The notes: a model not told the origin generated them from the letters alone. A DNA stretch of 38,743 bases from an uncultured Planctomycetia bacterium (GCA_964590585.1 CAZPYQ010000002.1:1-38743); one strand, 5' to 3'. Counted from the first letter of the stretch, positions 25,194 through 33,558 are shown. Translations and numbers: made by a program.

Positions 25194-26716
25194 CTTGCCT
25201 TCTTAATCTTATCTTTTACCTTATCCTGTTTCGGATCCAGTTCAAGAGATTTGCGCCACTCAAGCGTCGCCTTTTCTTTCAAGCCCTTCCTGTAGTATAT
25301 ATCGCCCATGTGGTCTCTCACCGTAGGATCATTCGGCTCAAGTATAACGGCCTTCTCCAACTCAGAAGACGCTTCGTCTATAAGGCCCTTCTGGTAATAC
25401 GCCCACCCCAGAGAGTCTATGTATGCGCCGTTTAACGGCTCTATCTCGAGCGCCTTCCTTACGAGTACAACCGCCTCATCCAGGTTCACGCCCTCTTCGG
25501 CAAACATATATCCGAGATAATTATACGCATCAGCGAATTTACGGTCTAGCGCTATCGCTTTCCTTAAACTCTTTATGGAAAGCTCGCGGTTCTTCAACTT
25601 ATCGTAAAGAACGCCTCTTAAAAAATGGGCCTTGGCGGAATCCGGGCTCAGCTCGACCGCTTTATCGCTATACGCCAGGGCCCTGGCGTTATCGTTAAGA
25701 GAACTCAAAACGGACGCCAGCGCTAGATAGAGATTAACATCTTTCCAGCCCTTTTTCAAGGCATTTTCTAATACGGCGAGGGCATCCTTATACTTCTTTT
25801 CTAATATGTGTAAATTCGCCCACTCCAGATATGCCCCTATATCATTCTGGTCCAGCGCCTCCAGCGTCCTGTATTGGCGCAGGGCATCTTCCGGCTTTTT
25901 TATCTTATAATAAGCGTACGCCAAACGGCGGTATAAATGAACATTGGAGGGCTCTATCCTTAACGCCTCTTCGTACCGCCTGGAGGCATTCAGGTAATCC
26001 TCCTTGAGTTCATACAATATGGCCAAACCTATATAGGCCTCGAGGTAGTCCTTCTTTAGCGCGACGGCGGAATTAAGCTCTCTTATCCCTGAATCGTACT
26101 TCTTCTGCCTGGAATATATGACGCCGAGGTTGAAGTGAAGGACCGGTGACGCCGCATTCTTCTCAATGAGCTTTTCGTATATGGCCGCGGCCTCGGTCAT
26201 CTTCTCCTGCATGACATAGAGATCCGCCAATGAGGCCATGGCCTTGAGGTTATCCGGATGGGACCTTATTACCTCTTCGTATTCTTTCTGGGCGAGCTGG
26301 TACCGGCCTTCCGTGGTATATATGAGTGCTAGAAGGAAACGCGCCTTGACCTCTTCCGGATCGAGGGTCTTTACTGTGCCCAGTTCCCTGACCGCCGCGT
26401 CGCGATTTTGCGTAAGCAGATAATCAACGGCGAGCCGCAGGTGTATATAACTCGCTTCCGGATCGCGGGCTAAGGCCCTGGAATACTCCTCTATGGCGGC
26501 GTCTAACTTGCCGTCATTGTCATAAATTACGCCCATCATATAATGGGCAAGCGCCTCCCCCAGGGGCCCTTTTGACCCCGGGGGGGCGTCATCTACCTTC
26601 TCCCATACGGTCAGGCTGCGGCCTTTTGACGTATCGACTCGCGCGCTGGCCTCTTTTCCTGTCGCAACCGCCAGCAAGAGGACGGCGACCTGTATAAGGC
26701 TCAATATCCTTTTCAA
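25190..26716 (-). CDS. Secreted tetratricopeptide (TPR) repeat protein
   Basis: 508 aa with a signal peptide (LLLAVATGKEASA) and many 34-aa A/Y/L-patterned TPR units. Its stop overlaps the start of the downstream transketolase N-subunit gene by 4 nt (25190-25193). Confidence 0.8.
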   Translation of the reverse strand: MKRILSLIQVAVLLLAVATGKEASARVDTSKGRSLTVWEKVDDAPPGSKGPLGEALAHYMMGVIYDNDGKLDAAIEEYSRALARDPEASYIHLRLAVDYLLTQNRDAAVRELGTVKTLDPEEVKARFLLALIYTTEGRYQLAQKEYEEVIRSHPDNLKAMASLADLYVMQEKMTEAAAIYEKLIEKNAASPVLHFNLGVIYSRQKKYDSGIRELNSAVALKKDYLEAYIGLAILYELKEDYLNASRRYEEALRIEPSNVHLYRRLAYAYYKIKKPEDALRQYRTLEALDQNDIGAYLEWANLHILEKKYKDALAVLENALKKGWKDVNLYLALASVLSSLNDNARALAYSDKAVELSPDSAKAHFLRGVLYDKLKNRELSIKSLRKAIALDRKFADAYNYLGYMFAEEGVNLDEAVVLVRKALEIEPLNGAYIDSLGWAYYQKGLIDEASSELEKAVILEPNDPTVRDHMGDIYYRKGLKEKATLEWRKSLELDPKQDKVKDKIKKAR

Positions 26717-26721
26717 ATTTC

Positions 26722-26826
26722 CTAACCGATGGTGTATCTCTTCTTCTTGTGTCTGTCTCTTCTACGGCGCTTCTTTCTCTTATGGACAGCCATCTTATGC
26801 CGTTTACGCTTTCTGCCACAGGGCAT
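26722..26826 (-). CDS. 34-aa highly basic protein resembling ribosomal protein bS22 / AURKAIP1-COX24-like small proteins
   Basis: Below the ORF-track cutoff. MPCGRKRKRHKMAVHKRKKRRRRDRHKKKRYTIG. A strong SD GGAGGTG lies 6 nt upstream of the ATG at 26826. The KRKRHKMAxHKRKKR pattern is characteristic of this family, from memory. Confidence 0.65.
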   Translation of the reverse strand: MPCGRKRKRHKMAVHKRKKRRRRDRHKKKRYTIG

Positions 26827-26852
26827 ATCATTCACCTCCTGACAATATGCTA

Positions 26853-26923
26853 GTAACCAGAAACCAGTGACCGGAAACCAGAATAAAAAGACTTCCGGTT
26901 TCTGTACTCTGGTTTCCGGTTAC
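26853..26923. repeat. Heptamer array, GTAACCR/GAAACCR family, 71-nt imperfect palindrome
   Basis: GTAACCA GAAACCA GTGACCG GAAACCA GAATAAA ... CGGTTTC TGTACTC TGGTTTC CGGTTAC. The arms match at 25 of 32 positions. It starts immediately after the hisG stop. Confidence 0.88.
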
Positions 26924-27793
26924 TTAATATATCACTTTATTCAACGGATACTCGATGATGCCTTGAGCGCCCGCTTTTTTAAGCCGGGGTATTATTATCC
27001 TGACCACCTTTTCGTCTATGATAGTATCGACATCGCACCAGCCTTCCCTGGAGAGGTTGGATATGGTAGGATTTTTAATCGCCGGAAGTATCTCAAGCAC
27101 CGCCCGGAGGTCCTTTTTCGCCACGTTCATCTTGAGCCCCACTTTAGATTCCGCCAGGATGGCTCCTTTAAGGAGGAGTATCAGGTCCTCTATCTTGAGG
27201 CGCTTCCACTTGTCCTGCCATGATTTTGTGTTCGCTATAAGTTGCGTCGTGGATTCGCATACCGTCCCTATCACGCGAAGCTTGTTCGCCTTTAAGCTCG
27301 AGCCCGTCTCGGTAACTTCCACTATGGCGTCCATGCCCAGGCTGGTCTTCACCTCTGTCGCGCCCCAGCTGAATTCGACGTCGGCTTTGACCTTATTCTT
27401 TTTAAGATAAGCCTTTGTCACGCTCACAAGCTCCGTCGCTATCTTCTTTCCGGTTAGGTCCTTAACCGTTTTTATCCGCGAATCCTGCGGGACGGCCAGT
27501 ACCCACTTAACGGGCTTAAGCGACTGCTTGGCATATATGAGGTCGCATACCCTGGTGACCCTGGAAGCGTTTTCCAGCACCCAGTCGTTGCCGGTTATGC
27601 CGCAGTCGAGTATTCCGTCTTCCACGTATCTGGACATCTCCTGGGCCCGAAAAAGCATCGTCTCTATCTCATCGTCGTCTATCGAAGGAAAATAAGACCG
27701 GTCTGCGACGGAGATGGCGAAGCCGGCCTTCTTGAACATCCTGATCGTGGCCTCCTGGAGGCTCCCCTTTGGTATCCCAAGTTTAAGTTTCAT
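26924..27793 (-). CDS. hisG: ATP phosphoribosyltransferase, long form
   Basis: 289 aa. [21 protein letters not shown], and a C-terminal regulatory domain. SD GAGGA is present. Confidence 0.88.
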   Translation of the reverse strand: MKLKLGIPKGSLQEATIRMFKKAGFAISVADRSYFPSIDDDEIETMLFRAQEMSRYVEDGILDCGITGNDWVLENASRVTRVCDLIYAKQSLKPVKWVLAVPQDSRIKTVKDLTGKKIATELVSVTKAYLKKNKVKADVEFSWGATEVKTSLGMDAIVEVTETGSSLKANKLRVIGTVCESTTQLIANTKSWQDKWKRLKIEDLILLLKGAILAESKVGLKMNVAKKDLRAVLEILPAIKNPTISNLSREGWCDVDTIIDEKVVRIIIPRLKKAGAQGIIEYPLNKVIY

Positions 27794-27950
27794 TTTGATT
27801 ATCCTCTATGATTATTTTGAGGCCCTTTTTAATCTTCTTGCGCGAATATATCTTTCTATTCTTTACAACCCTCGCCTTAGGATTGATATGCCACCTTCTC
27901 CTGACTTTTATTAATGAAGCGGCCTTCTTTTTCATCAATATACGTATAAT

Positions 27951-27979
27951 ATTCTATATTAAGGACGAGAAGGTGTCAA
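27951..27979 (-). promoter_or_regulatory. Candidate sigma70 promoter upstream of hisG (and of a possible 50-codon basic ORF)
   Basis: On the minus strand: TTGACA (27974-27979), 17-nt spacer, TAGAAT (27951-27956). Confidence 0.5.
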
Positions 27980-28007
27980 GCGCATAGACCTGCTATTAAA
28001 AAAATGG

Positions 28008-28070
28008 GTGTCCCAAAAAGTTCAAAAAGTGACTGTCACTTTTTGTCACAAAAGTGACTGTCACTTTTTG
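28008..28070 (-). terminator. Rho-independent terminator of the ADH-aldolase operon
   Basis: The minus-strand RNA CAAAAAGTGACAGTCACTTTTGTGACAAAAAGTGACAGTCACTTTTTG folds as an 11 bp + 9 bp stem with one mismatch and a 6-nt loop. It is followed by AACTTTTTGG. The 5' arm includes the aldolase stop codon. Confidence 0.6.
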
Positions 28071-28846
28071 CCTTCTATAAATCGCGATGCTTCATCGACC
28101 GACGCATTTTCGTGGACTATAGCGCGTATGGCCTTTATCATGCCTATGGGATTGGAGGATTGCCAGATATTGCGCCCCATATCCACCCCTGAGGCGCCGC
28201 GTTTTATGGCATCATGAGCTATGGTCAGCGCGTCGAGCTCCGTCTCCATCTTCGGGCCGCCGGCTATGACCAAAGGGACAGGGCATGCTTTTACCACCTT
28301 CTCAAAATCCTCGCAATAATAGGTCTTGACGAAATGGGCGCCGAGTTCCGCCGCTATCCGGCAGGCGAGCGACAGGTACCTGGCATCCCTTTTCTCCAGC
28401 TCCTTCCCGACGGCCGTAACGGCCAGGACAGGCATGCCGTATTCTTCCCCCTCGTCGACCAGCATGGAGAGGTTCATAAGAGTCTGGTGTTCGTGCTCGC
28501 TTCCGATATAAATGGATAGCGCTACGGCCGACGCGTTGAGGCGCACCGCGTCCTTCATGGCCACCGTGATACCTTCGTTTGAAAGGTCTTTTCCTACGAT
28601 AGAATTGCCTCCCGATACCCGGAGGACCATGGGTGTTGAAGAAAGTTCATCCACCGATGTGCGGAGTACCCCGCGGGTCAGCATGAGCGCGTCCGCGAAG
28701 GCGATTAGCGGCGTTATCGTTTCGCGCGGGTTTTCGAGCCTCTTTACGGGTCCCAGGAAATAGCCGTGGTCCACCGCCAGCATGACGGTCTTTTTCGTAG
28801 CCGGTTTTATTATCCTCGCCAGTCTATTCCGCATTCCCCAATCCAT
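28061..28846 (-). CDS. DhnA/LsrF-family class I aldolase-fold enzyme (DeoC/LacD superfamily)
   Basis: 261 aa. DWGMRNRLARIIKPATKKTVMLAVDHGYFLGP, VRLNASAVALSIYIGSEHEHQ, IAAELGAHFVKTYY, PVPLVIAGGPK and GASGVDMGRNIWQS closely track E. coli LsrF and archaeal ADH synthase as I remember them. Confidence 0.8.
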   Translation of the reverse strand: MDWGMRNRLARIIKPATKKTVMLAVDHGYFLGPVKRLENPRETITPLIAFADALMLTRGVLRTSVDELSSTPMVLRVSGGNSIVGKDLSNEGITVAMKDAVRLNASAVALSIYIGSEHEHQTLMNLSMLVDEGEEYGMPVLAVTAVGKELEKRDARYLSLACRIAAELGAHFVKTYYCEDFEKVVKACPVPLVIAGGPKMETELDALTIAHDAIKRGASGVDMGRNIWQSSNPIGMIKAIRAIVHENASVDEASRFIEGKK

Positions 28847-28865
28847 TCGCGCGCCCTCCCTGTTT

Positions 28866-28893
28866 CGTACGACGTGCTGCGTACGGCGTTACC
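28866..28893. repeat. Four tandem heptamers CGTnCnn
   Basis: CGTACGA CGTGCTG CGTACGG CGTTACC, between the ADH stop and the aldolase SD. The CGTACG...CGTACG ends can pair. Confidence 0.7.
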
Positions 28894-29917
28894 TCTGCGG
28901 TTCTATTATAACTTTTAAAGACTCCTTAGCGTCAGCCACGAGTTTAAACCCCTTTCCCGTCTCGGCCAGGCCGAGACGATGGGTTATCATGTCCCGGACA
29001 CTTACCTTCTTCGCCTTTATAAGAGCAAGCGCCTCCTTATGGTCTTCGGGGCTGCCGGCATAAGAACTCGTCAGCGTGACCTCGGTCCTCCAGAACGTGT
29101 CGTTTATCGAAAGCGGTATCCTGACGTCTTTTGCGGTCGGGGAGAAGAAGAGCACCGTCCCGCCGCGCCGCACGCTCTTCAAGGCCTGTTCTATGGCCCG
29201 GGGCGAACCTGTTGTGACGAGGACGACATCCGCCGGCATGCCGGCATTCGCCTCGGCTATCCTTTTCGGCACGTCGCCTCCGGCGTCTATGGCCTCGTCG
29301 GCGCCGAATTTAAGCGCCGTCTTCATCCTGTAATCCACCACATCGGTCGCTACCACTCTTGCCGCCCCTCTTGCCTTTGCCAGATGTATGTGGAGTATGC
29401 CGGATATGCCGCTGCCTATTACAGCCACATAATCGCCCTTTTTAACGCCGGCTATCCTCTGGCCGCGCAGCACACAGGCGAGCGGCTCTATGAAGGTCGC
29501 CTCCTCGTAAGAGACCTCTCCGGGCAAAGGAAAGACTCCCCGTTCCACGTTTATGGCCGGCAGCCTCAAAAATTCGGCGAAGCCGCCCGGATGAAAATTG
29601 GTCTTACGAAGCGTCTCGCAGACAGTAGGATGGCCGCTCAGGCAATAGCGGCATGAGCCGCACGGCACGTGGTGCGCGGAGGCTATCCTGTCGCCTTTTT
29701 TATAACGCCCGGCGCCCTTATCTGCCTCGACAACGACACCAGCCACCTCGTGCCCGAGCACCAGCGGTACGCGGCCTATACGATACCATTCCATGACGTC
29801 GCTTCCGCATATACCGCCCGCCTCGACGCGCATGAGTATCTCGCCGGGCCCTATCTCGGGAACGGGCATCTCCTCAAGACGCACATCGTCGTTCGCGTAA
29901 TACATGGCCACTCTCAT
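28889..29917 (-). CDS. Zinc-dependent medium-chain alcohol/threonine/sorbitol dehydrogenase family protein
   Basis: 342 aa. GICGSDVMEW and GHEVAGVV (catalytic Zn), CGSCRYCLSGHPTVC (structural Zn), and the GSGISG Rossmann motif. Confidence 0.85.
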   Translation of the reverse strand: MRVAMYYANDDVRLEEMPVPEIGPGEILMRVEAGGICGSDVMEWYRIGRVPLVLGHEVAGVVVEADKGAGRYKKGDRIASAHHVPCGSCRYCLSGHPTVCETLRKTNFHPGGFAEFLRLPAINVERGVFPLPGEVSYEEATFIEPLACVLRGQRIAGVKKGDYVAVIGSGISGILHIHLAKARGAARVVATDVVDYRMKTALKFGADEAIDAGGDVPKRIAEANAGMPADVVLVTTGSPRAIEQALKSVRRGGTVLFFSPTAKDVRIPLSINDTFWRTEVTLTSSYAGSPEDHKEALALIKAKKVSVRDMITHRLGLAETGKGFKLVADAKESLKVIIEPQR

Positions 29918-29926
29918 AGCGGTAGA

Positions 29927-29955
29927 ATTATATCACGCCCTCGTATTATTATCAA
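29927..29955 (-). promoter_or_regulatory. Candidate sigma70 promoter giving a leaderless or near-leaderless ADH mRNA
   Basis: On the minus strand: TTGATA (29950-29955), 17-nt spacer, TATAAT (29927-29932). Only 9 nt (tctaccgct) separate it from the ATG at 29917, and there is no SD. Confidence 0.5.
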
Positions 29956-29999
29956 CCTTGACATCGCGAGGCGGCGGAGATGGCGCGCGGTCATCTCTA

Positions 30000-30027
30000 T
30001 TGACTATTTTCGCCCAAAGGATATAAT
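30000..30027 (+). promoter_or_regulatory. Candidate sigma70 promoter for the PpiD-like gene
   Basis: TTGACT (30000-30005), 16-nt spacer, TATAAT (30022-30027). This implies a leader of about 175 nt. SD AAGAGG precedes the ATG at 30208. Confidence 0.45.
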
Positions 30028-30207
30028 GATATAAACTTTTATGCCGGATAAAAATACGTCCGATATAATCGATGACGCCGGGAGAATACCGCGATTCGCG
30101 TTTCTTTGGCATCGCCTCCCGGGCTACCGTTATAATACTGATCGCCTTAACGGTGACGGCGACTATACTCATATTCCTGCCGAAACATTAAAGAAAGAGG
30201 TAACCGC

Positions 30208-30810
30208 ATGCTCAAATTTTTTCGCTCAAAGAACGTAACGAAGTTCGTGCTGTGGGTAATCATCATACTGATACTTCCGGCATTCGTCCTATTCGGGACG
30301 GAGAGGCTCTCGACGAATAAGGGGCCTAAGTTCGCCGGCTACATAGATTCCAAAAGGGTCTCTTTTAACGCACTGTATGAAAGCATGGCCGCGGTAAGGA
30401 GCCAGGCCGTCCTGAACTACTGGAACGACCGGGAAAGGGTGAGAGACATCATTAACGATAATGCCCTGGTAGCGAACCTTGCGTGGGAACGCCTTATCAT
30501 GCTCTCCGAGGCGAAAAAGGATAAGATTGCTGTCACGGACCCGGAAGTGGCGGATTACCTTAAGGGGCATCCTATATTCTCAAGAAACGGGGTATTCGAC
30601 AATAAGTTATACCAGTATATACTTCAGTATAATGTGGGCTTGAGCCCTAGAAGTTTTGAGGAGATAGTGCGCGATAACCTAAAAATTGTAAAACTGGAGG
30701 CCCTTGCCCTGAAGGATCCGGAGATTAAGAGGGACGAGTGGCTCGCGGGGATATCCGCCGGCGCAAAACCAATTATAGATTTTGCCGAGATAGATAAGTA
30801 TTATAAATAG
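30208..30810 (+). CDS. Membrane-anchored SurA-N/PpiD-like chaperone domain protein (no PPIase domain)
   Basis: 200 aa. An N-terminal TM anchor (FVLWVIIILILPAFVLFG) is followed by a region resembling the PpiD/SurA N-terminal chaperone domain. Confidence 0.6.
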   Translation: MLKFFRSKNVTKFVLWVIIILILPAFVLFGTERLSTNKGPKFAGYIDSKRVSFNALYESMAAVRSQAVLNYWNDRERVRDIINDNALVANLAWERLIMLSEAKKDKIAVTDPEVADYLKGHPIFSRNGVFDNKLYQYILQYNVGLSPRSFEEIVRDNLKIVKLEALALKDPEIKRDEWLAGISAGAKPIIDFAEIDKYYK

Positions 30811-30838
30811 CTGTAAGCCGTAAGCGTTAAGCTATAAG
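30811..30838. repeat. Four tandem heptamers CnnTAAG
   Basis: CTGTAAG CCGTAAG CGTTAAG CTATAAG, between the convergent ppiD-like and nrdR stops. Confidence 0.75.
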
Positions 30839-30846
30839 CCAAAAAA

Positions 30847-31296
30847 TCATTTCAGGAACTGCTTCAATTCCTTCATGAACTCGCCGACGTCTTTAAACTG
30901 CCTGTAGACGGAGGCGAACCTCACATAGGCTATCTCATCGACGTTGTGGAGACTCTTCATAACGAGTTCGCCGATATCCTTCGACCTGACCTCCCTTTCA
31001 TGCTCCTTCTCCAGGCGGCGCGCTATGTCATCTGTCAGGCGTTCCATCCTGGCCACGCTCACCGGGCGCTTCTCGCACGCCTTCACGATGCCCATTAGGA
31101 GCTTCTCCCTGTTGAAGGCCTCCCGGCGGCCGTCCTTCTTTGTGACCATAAGGGGTATCTGCTCGACGTATTCGTAGGTGGTAAAGCGTTTCTTGCATTT
31201 GAGGCATGCCCTGCGGCGGCGGATGCTCCTGCCCTTCGCGCTCGCGCGCGAATCCAGGACCTTATCTTTAGAACTCCCGCAATAGGGGCATTTCAT
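30847..31296 (-). CDS. nrdR: Transcriptional repressor NrdR
   Basis: The start is moved to MKCPYCGSSKDKVLDSR (zinc ribbon CxxC...CxxC), which has the SD GAGG. An ATP-cone follows. Confidence 0.92.
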   Translation of the reverse strand: MKCPYCGSSKDKVLDSRASAKGRSIRRRRACLKCKKRFTTYEYVEQIPLMVTKKDGRREAFNREKLLMGIVKACEKRPVSVARMERLTDDIARRLEKEHEREVRSKDIGELVMKSLHNVDEIAYVRFASVYRQFKDVGEFMKELKQFLK

Positions 31297-31320
31297 GCCT
31301 GCAACCTCACGATCCGTCAT

Positions 31321-31376
31321 GCGTTATGCGTCTTGCGTAACGCTTTGATGCAAAGCGTATGACACAAGACGCAACA
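31321..31376. repeat. Heptamer-phased palindrome (GCGTnnn units)
   Basis: GCGTTAT GCGTCTT GCGTAAC GCTTTGA TGCAAAG CGTATGA CACAAGA CGCAACA. GCGTCTTG pairs with CAAGACGC, and ACGCTTTG pairs with CAAAGCGT. It lies in the dCMP deaminase-nrdR spacer. Confidence 0.8.
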
Positions 31377-31386
31377 GATGTCCGTA

Positions 31387-31848
31387 TTATTTTAAAACAC
31401 GCACCTTCACCCCAGCCTGGCGGAGAAAATCCTTCGCCATCCTGTCGGGATAGGGGCCGTCTATGACGACCTCTTTTATGCCGGCATTTATGAGCATCTT
31501 GGCGCAGATGATACACGGCTGGATGGTAGAATATAAGATAGCGTCCTTGAGGCTGGTCCCGTGAAGGGCGGCCTGCAGAAAGGCGTTCTGTTCCGCATGC
31601 AGGCCCCTGCAGAGTTCGTGACGTTGTCCCGAAGGGATCTTAAGTTTCTCCCTTATGCAGCCGGTTATCTCGCAATGGGTTATCTTGCTCGGAGCGCCGT
31701 TATAACCAGTCGCCAGTATCCTCTTATCCTTTACAAGGACCGCCCCCACATGGCGCCTCAGGCAGGTCGAACGCTTTGAGACGAGTCTGGCTATATCAAG
31801 AAAATATTCGTCCCAGCCGGGCCTTTTTGCGGCATTTTTCGTCTTCAT
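31387..31848 (-). CDS. Deoxycytidylate (dCMP) deaminase / ComEB family
   Basis: 153 aa. HAEQNA and [13 protein letters not shown] zinc-binding CDA motifs. Confidence 0.88.
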   Translation of the reverse strand: MKTKNAAKRPGWDEYFLDIARLVSKRSTCLRRHVGAVLVKDKRILATGYNGAPSKITHCEITGCIREKLKIPSGQRHELCRGLHAEQNAFLQAALHGTSLKDAILYSTIQPCIICAKMLINAGIKEVVIDGPYPDRMAKDFLRQAGVKVRVLK

Positions 31849-33098
31849 AACCCCCTCTGAAGGTCCTTATAGAGCGGAAAACTGTTCACGAGCCTTAAAA
31901 CATCTTTTTTGACCCTCATTATGACCTCTTCGTCATCAGGCGCGTTCAGGACGCTGGTTATATACGAAGCTATCTTCTTCATCTCGGGGACCTTCATCCC
32001 GCGCGTCGTCACGGCAGGCGTCCCTATCCTTATGCCGCTGGTGACAAAAGGCGGTTTCTTATCGAATGGGATGAGGTTTTTATTGACCGTTATGCCGGCG
32101 CGGTCTAATGCCCTGGAGGCGTCGCGGCCGCTCAAGTTTATATTCCCAAGATCGACCAAAAAAAGGTGCGTATCCGTCCCGCCTGAAACGATCCTGTACC
32201 CGGACTTCGCCATCTCATGCGACAGCGAAACCGCATTGTTAAGGACCTGCCCCTGGTATCTCTTGAAGGCCGGCGCGGAGGCCTCCTTCAACGCAACCGC
32301 CTTGGCGGCTATGACGTGCATAAGGGGGCCACCCTGTATGCCGGGAAATATCTCATTGTCTATCTTCTTCGCAAATTCCTTCTTGCACATGATGATCGCG
32401 CCGCGGGGCCCCCGCAGCGTCTTGTGGGTGGTCGTCGTGACAAACTCCGCCACGCCCACCGGACTCGGATGCAGCCCCGTAGCGACCAGGCCGGCTATGT
32501 GGGCCATGTCTACAAATAAAAGCGCGCCGACTGAATCGGCGATGTGCCGGAACCTCTTGAAATCTATCGTGCGCGGATAAGCGGACGCCCCCGCCAGGAT
32601 CATCCTGGGCCTGTGCCTCTTCGCCAGTTCCATGATCTCGTCATAATCTAGCATCTCCGTCTTGCGGCTCACTCCGTAGGGAACTACCTTGAAAAGCCTG
32701 CCTGAAAAATTACGGGGATGTCCGTGCGAGATATGTCCGCCGCAGGCCAGATCCATCGCCAGGACCGTGTCGCCGGGCCTAAGGGCGGCGAAATAGACGG
32801 CCATGTTCGCCTGTGTGCCGGAATGCGGCTGGACGTTTACATGTTCGGCTCCGAAAAGTTTCTTCGCCCTTTCGATCGCGAGCGTCTCCGCCTTATCAGC
32901 GTTATGGCATCCGCCGTACCACCTCGCGCCGGGATAGCCTTCGGCGTATTTATTCGTAAGGACCGACCCCTGGGCCTCGAGGACCGCCGGGGAGACAAAA
33001 TTTTCGCTCGCGATAAGTTCAAGGTTATCGTGCTCCCTCTTGACCTCGCCCAGGATCGCCTTGTAGACCTCGTTATCTTCTTTTTTTAGATGGCTCAT
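31845..33098 (-). CDS. glyA: Serine hydroxymethyltransferase
   Basis: 417 aa. [25 protein letters not shown], and [13 protein letters not shown] (PLP lysine). Confidence 0.95.
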   Translation of the reverse strand: MSHLKKEDNEVYKAILGEVKREHDNLELIASENFVSPAVLEAQGSVLTNKYAEGYPGARWYGGCHNADKAETLAIERAKKLFGAEHVNVQPHSGTQANMAVYFAALRPGDTVLAMDLACGGHISHGHPRNFSGRLFKVVPYGVSRKTEMLDYDEIMELAKRHRPRMILAGASAYPRTIDFKRFRHIADSVGALLFVDMAHIAGLVATGLHPSPVGVAEFVTTTTHKTLRGPRGAIIMCKKEFAKKIDNEIFPGIQGGPLMHVIAAKAVALKEASAPAFKRYQGQVLNNAVSLSHEMAKSGYRIVSGGTDTHLFLVDLGNINLSGRDASRALDRAGITVNKNLIPFDKKPPFVTSGIRIGTPAVTTRGMKVPEMKKIASYITSVLNAPDDEEVIMRVKKDVLRLVNSFPLYKDLQRGL

Positions 33099-33558
33099 GT
33101 TTTCGCTCTCTTTTTAAACGCGCCTCCAACTCCTTCATCTGTTCCACGCGTCTTGCGTGGCGCTCGCCCGCGTGGGCGGTATCAAGCCATACCCTGACGA
33201 TGTCCCTGGCCTTATCCCCTTCGGTATAACTTGCCGCGATGACGAGTACATTGCAATCATTGTGTTCGCGGCTCAATCTTGCCAGTTCCGTATTATAACA
33301 TGCCGCGGCCCTGACGCCGGGGAGCTTATTGGCTATTATAGCCATGCCTATGCCCGACTTGCATAAAAGGATGCCTTTTTCAAATTCGCCCTCCGACACG
33401 GCCTTCGCCACATCGAAACCTATGAGAGGATAGTCGCACGACTCTTTCGAGCACGTGCCGAAATCCTTGACGGCATATCCCGCCTTTTTCAGGAATTCCA
33501 AAAGATCGTTTTTTAATTCAAAGCCTCCGTGGTCGCTTCCCAATGCTATCCCGGTCAT
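33073..33558 (-). CDS. rpiB: Ribose-5-phosphate isomerase B
   Basis: The start is moved to [30 protein letters not shown] is present. A basic C-terminal tail overlaps the glyA start. Confidence 0.88.
   Translation of the reverse strand: MTGIALGSDHGGFELKNDLLEFLKKAGYAVKDFGTCSKESCDYPLIGFDVAKAVSEGEFEKGILLCKSGIGMAIIANKLPGVRAAACYNTELARLSREHNDCNVLVIAASYTEGDKARDIVRVWLDTAHAGERHARRVEQMKELEARLKRERKHEPSKKRR

Noticed and set aside
27783-27935. Classical histidine attenuator leader peptide upstream of hisG.
   Set aside because: The candidate peptide has a single His codon and no His run. No alternative terminator/antiterminator pairings were evident.
28024-28069. Two AAAAAGTGACnGTCACTTTTT palindromes as CRP-like or other operator sites.
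   Set aside because: Together they fold into one 20-bp stem followed by a T-tract directly after the aldolase stop. A Rho-independent terminator is the simpler reading. Operator function is not excluded, because the hisG promoter lies about 45 nt downstream.
29933-30172. 79-aa minus-strand ORF in the ADH / ppiD-like divergent spacer.
   Set aside because: It has no SD and no recognisable motifs. It spans two divergent promoter-like elements, so the region is more simply regulatory.
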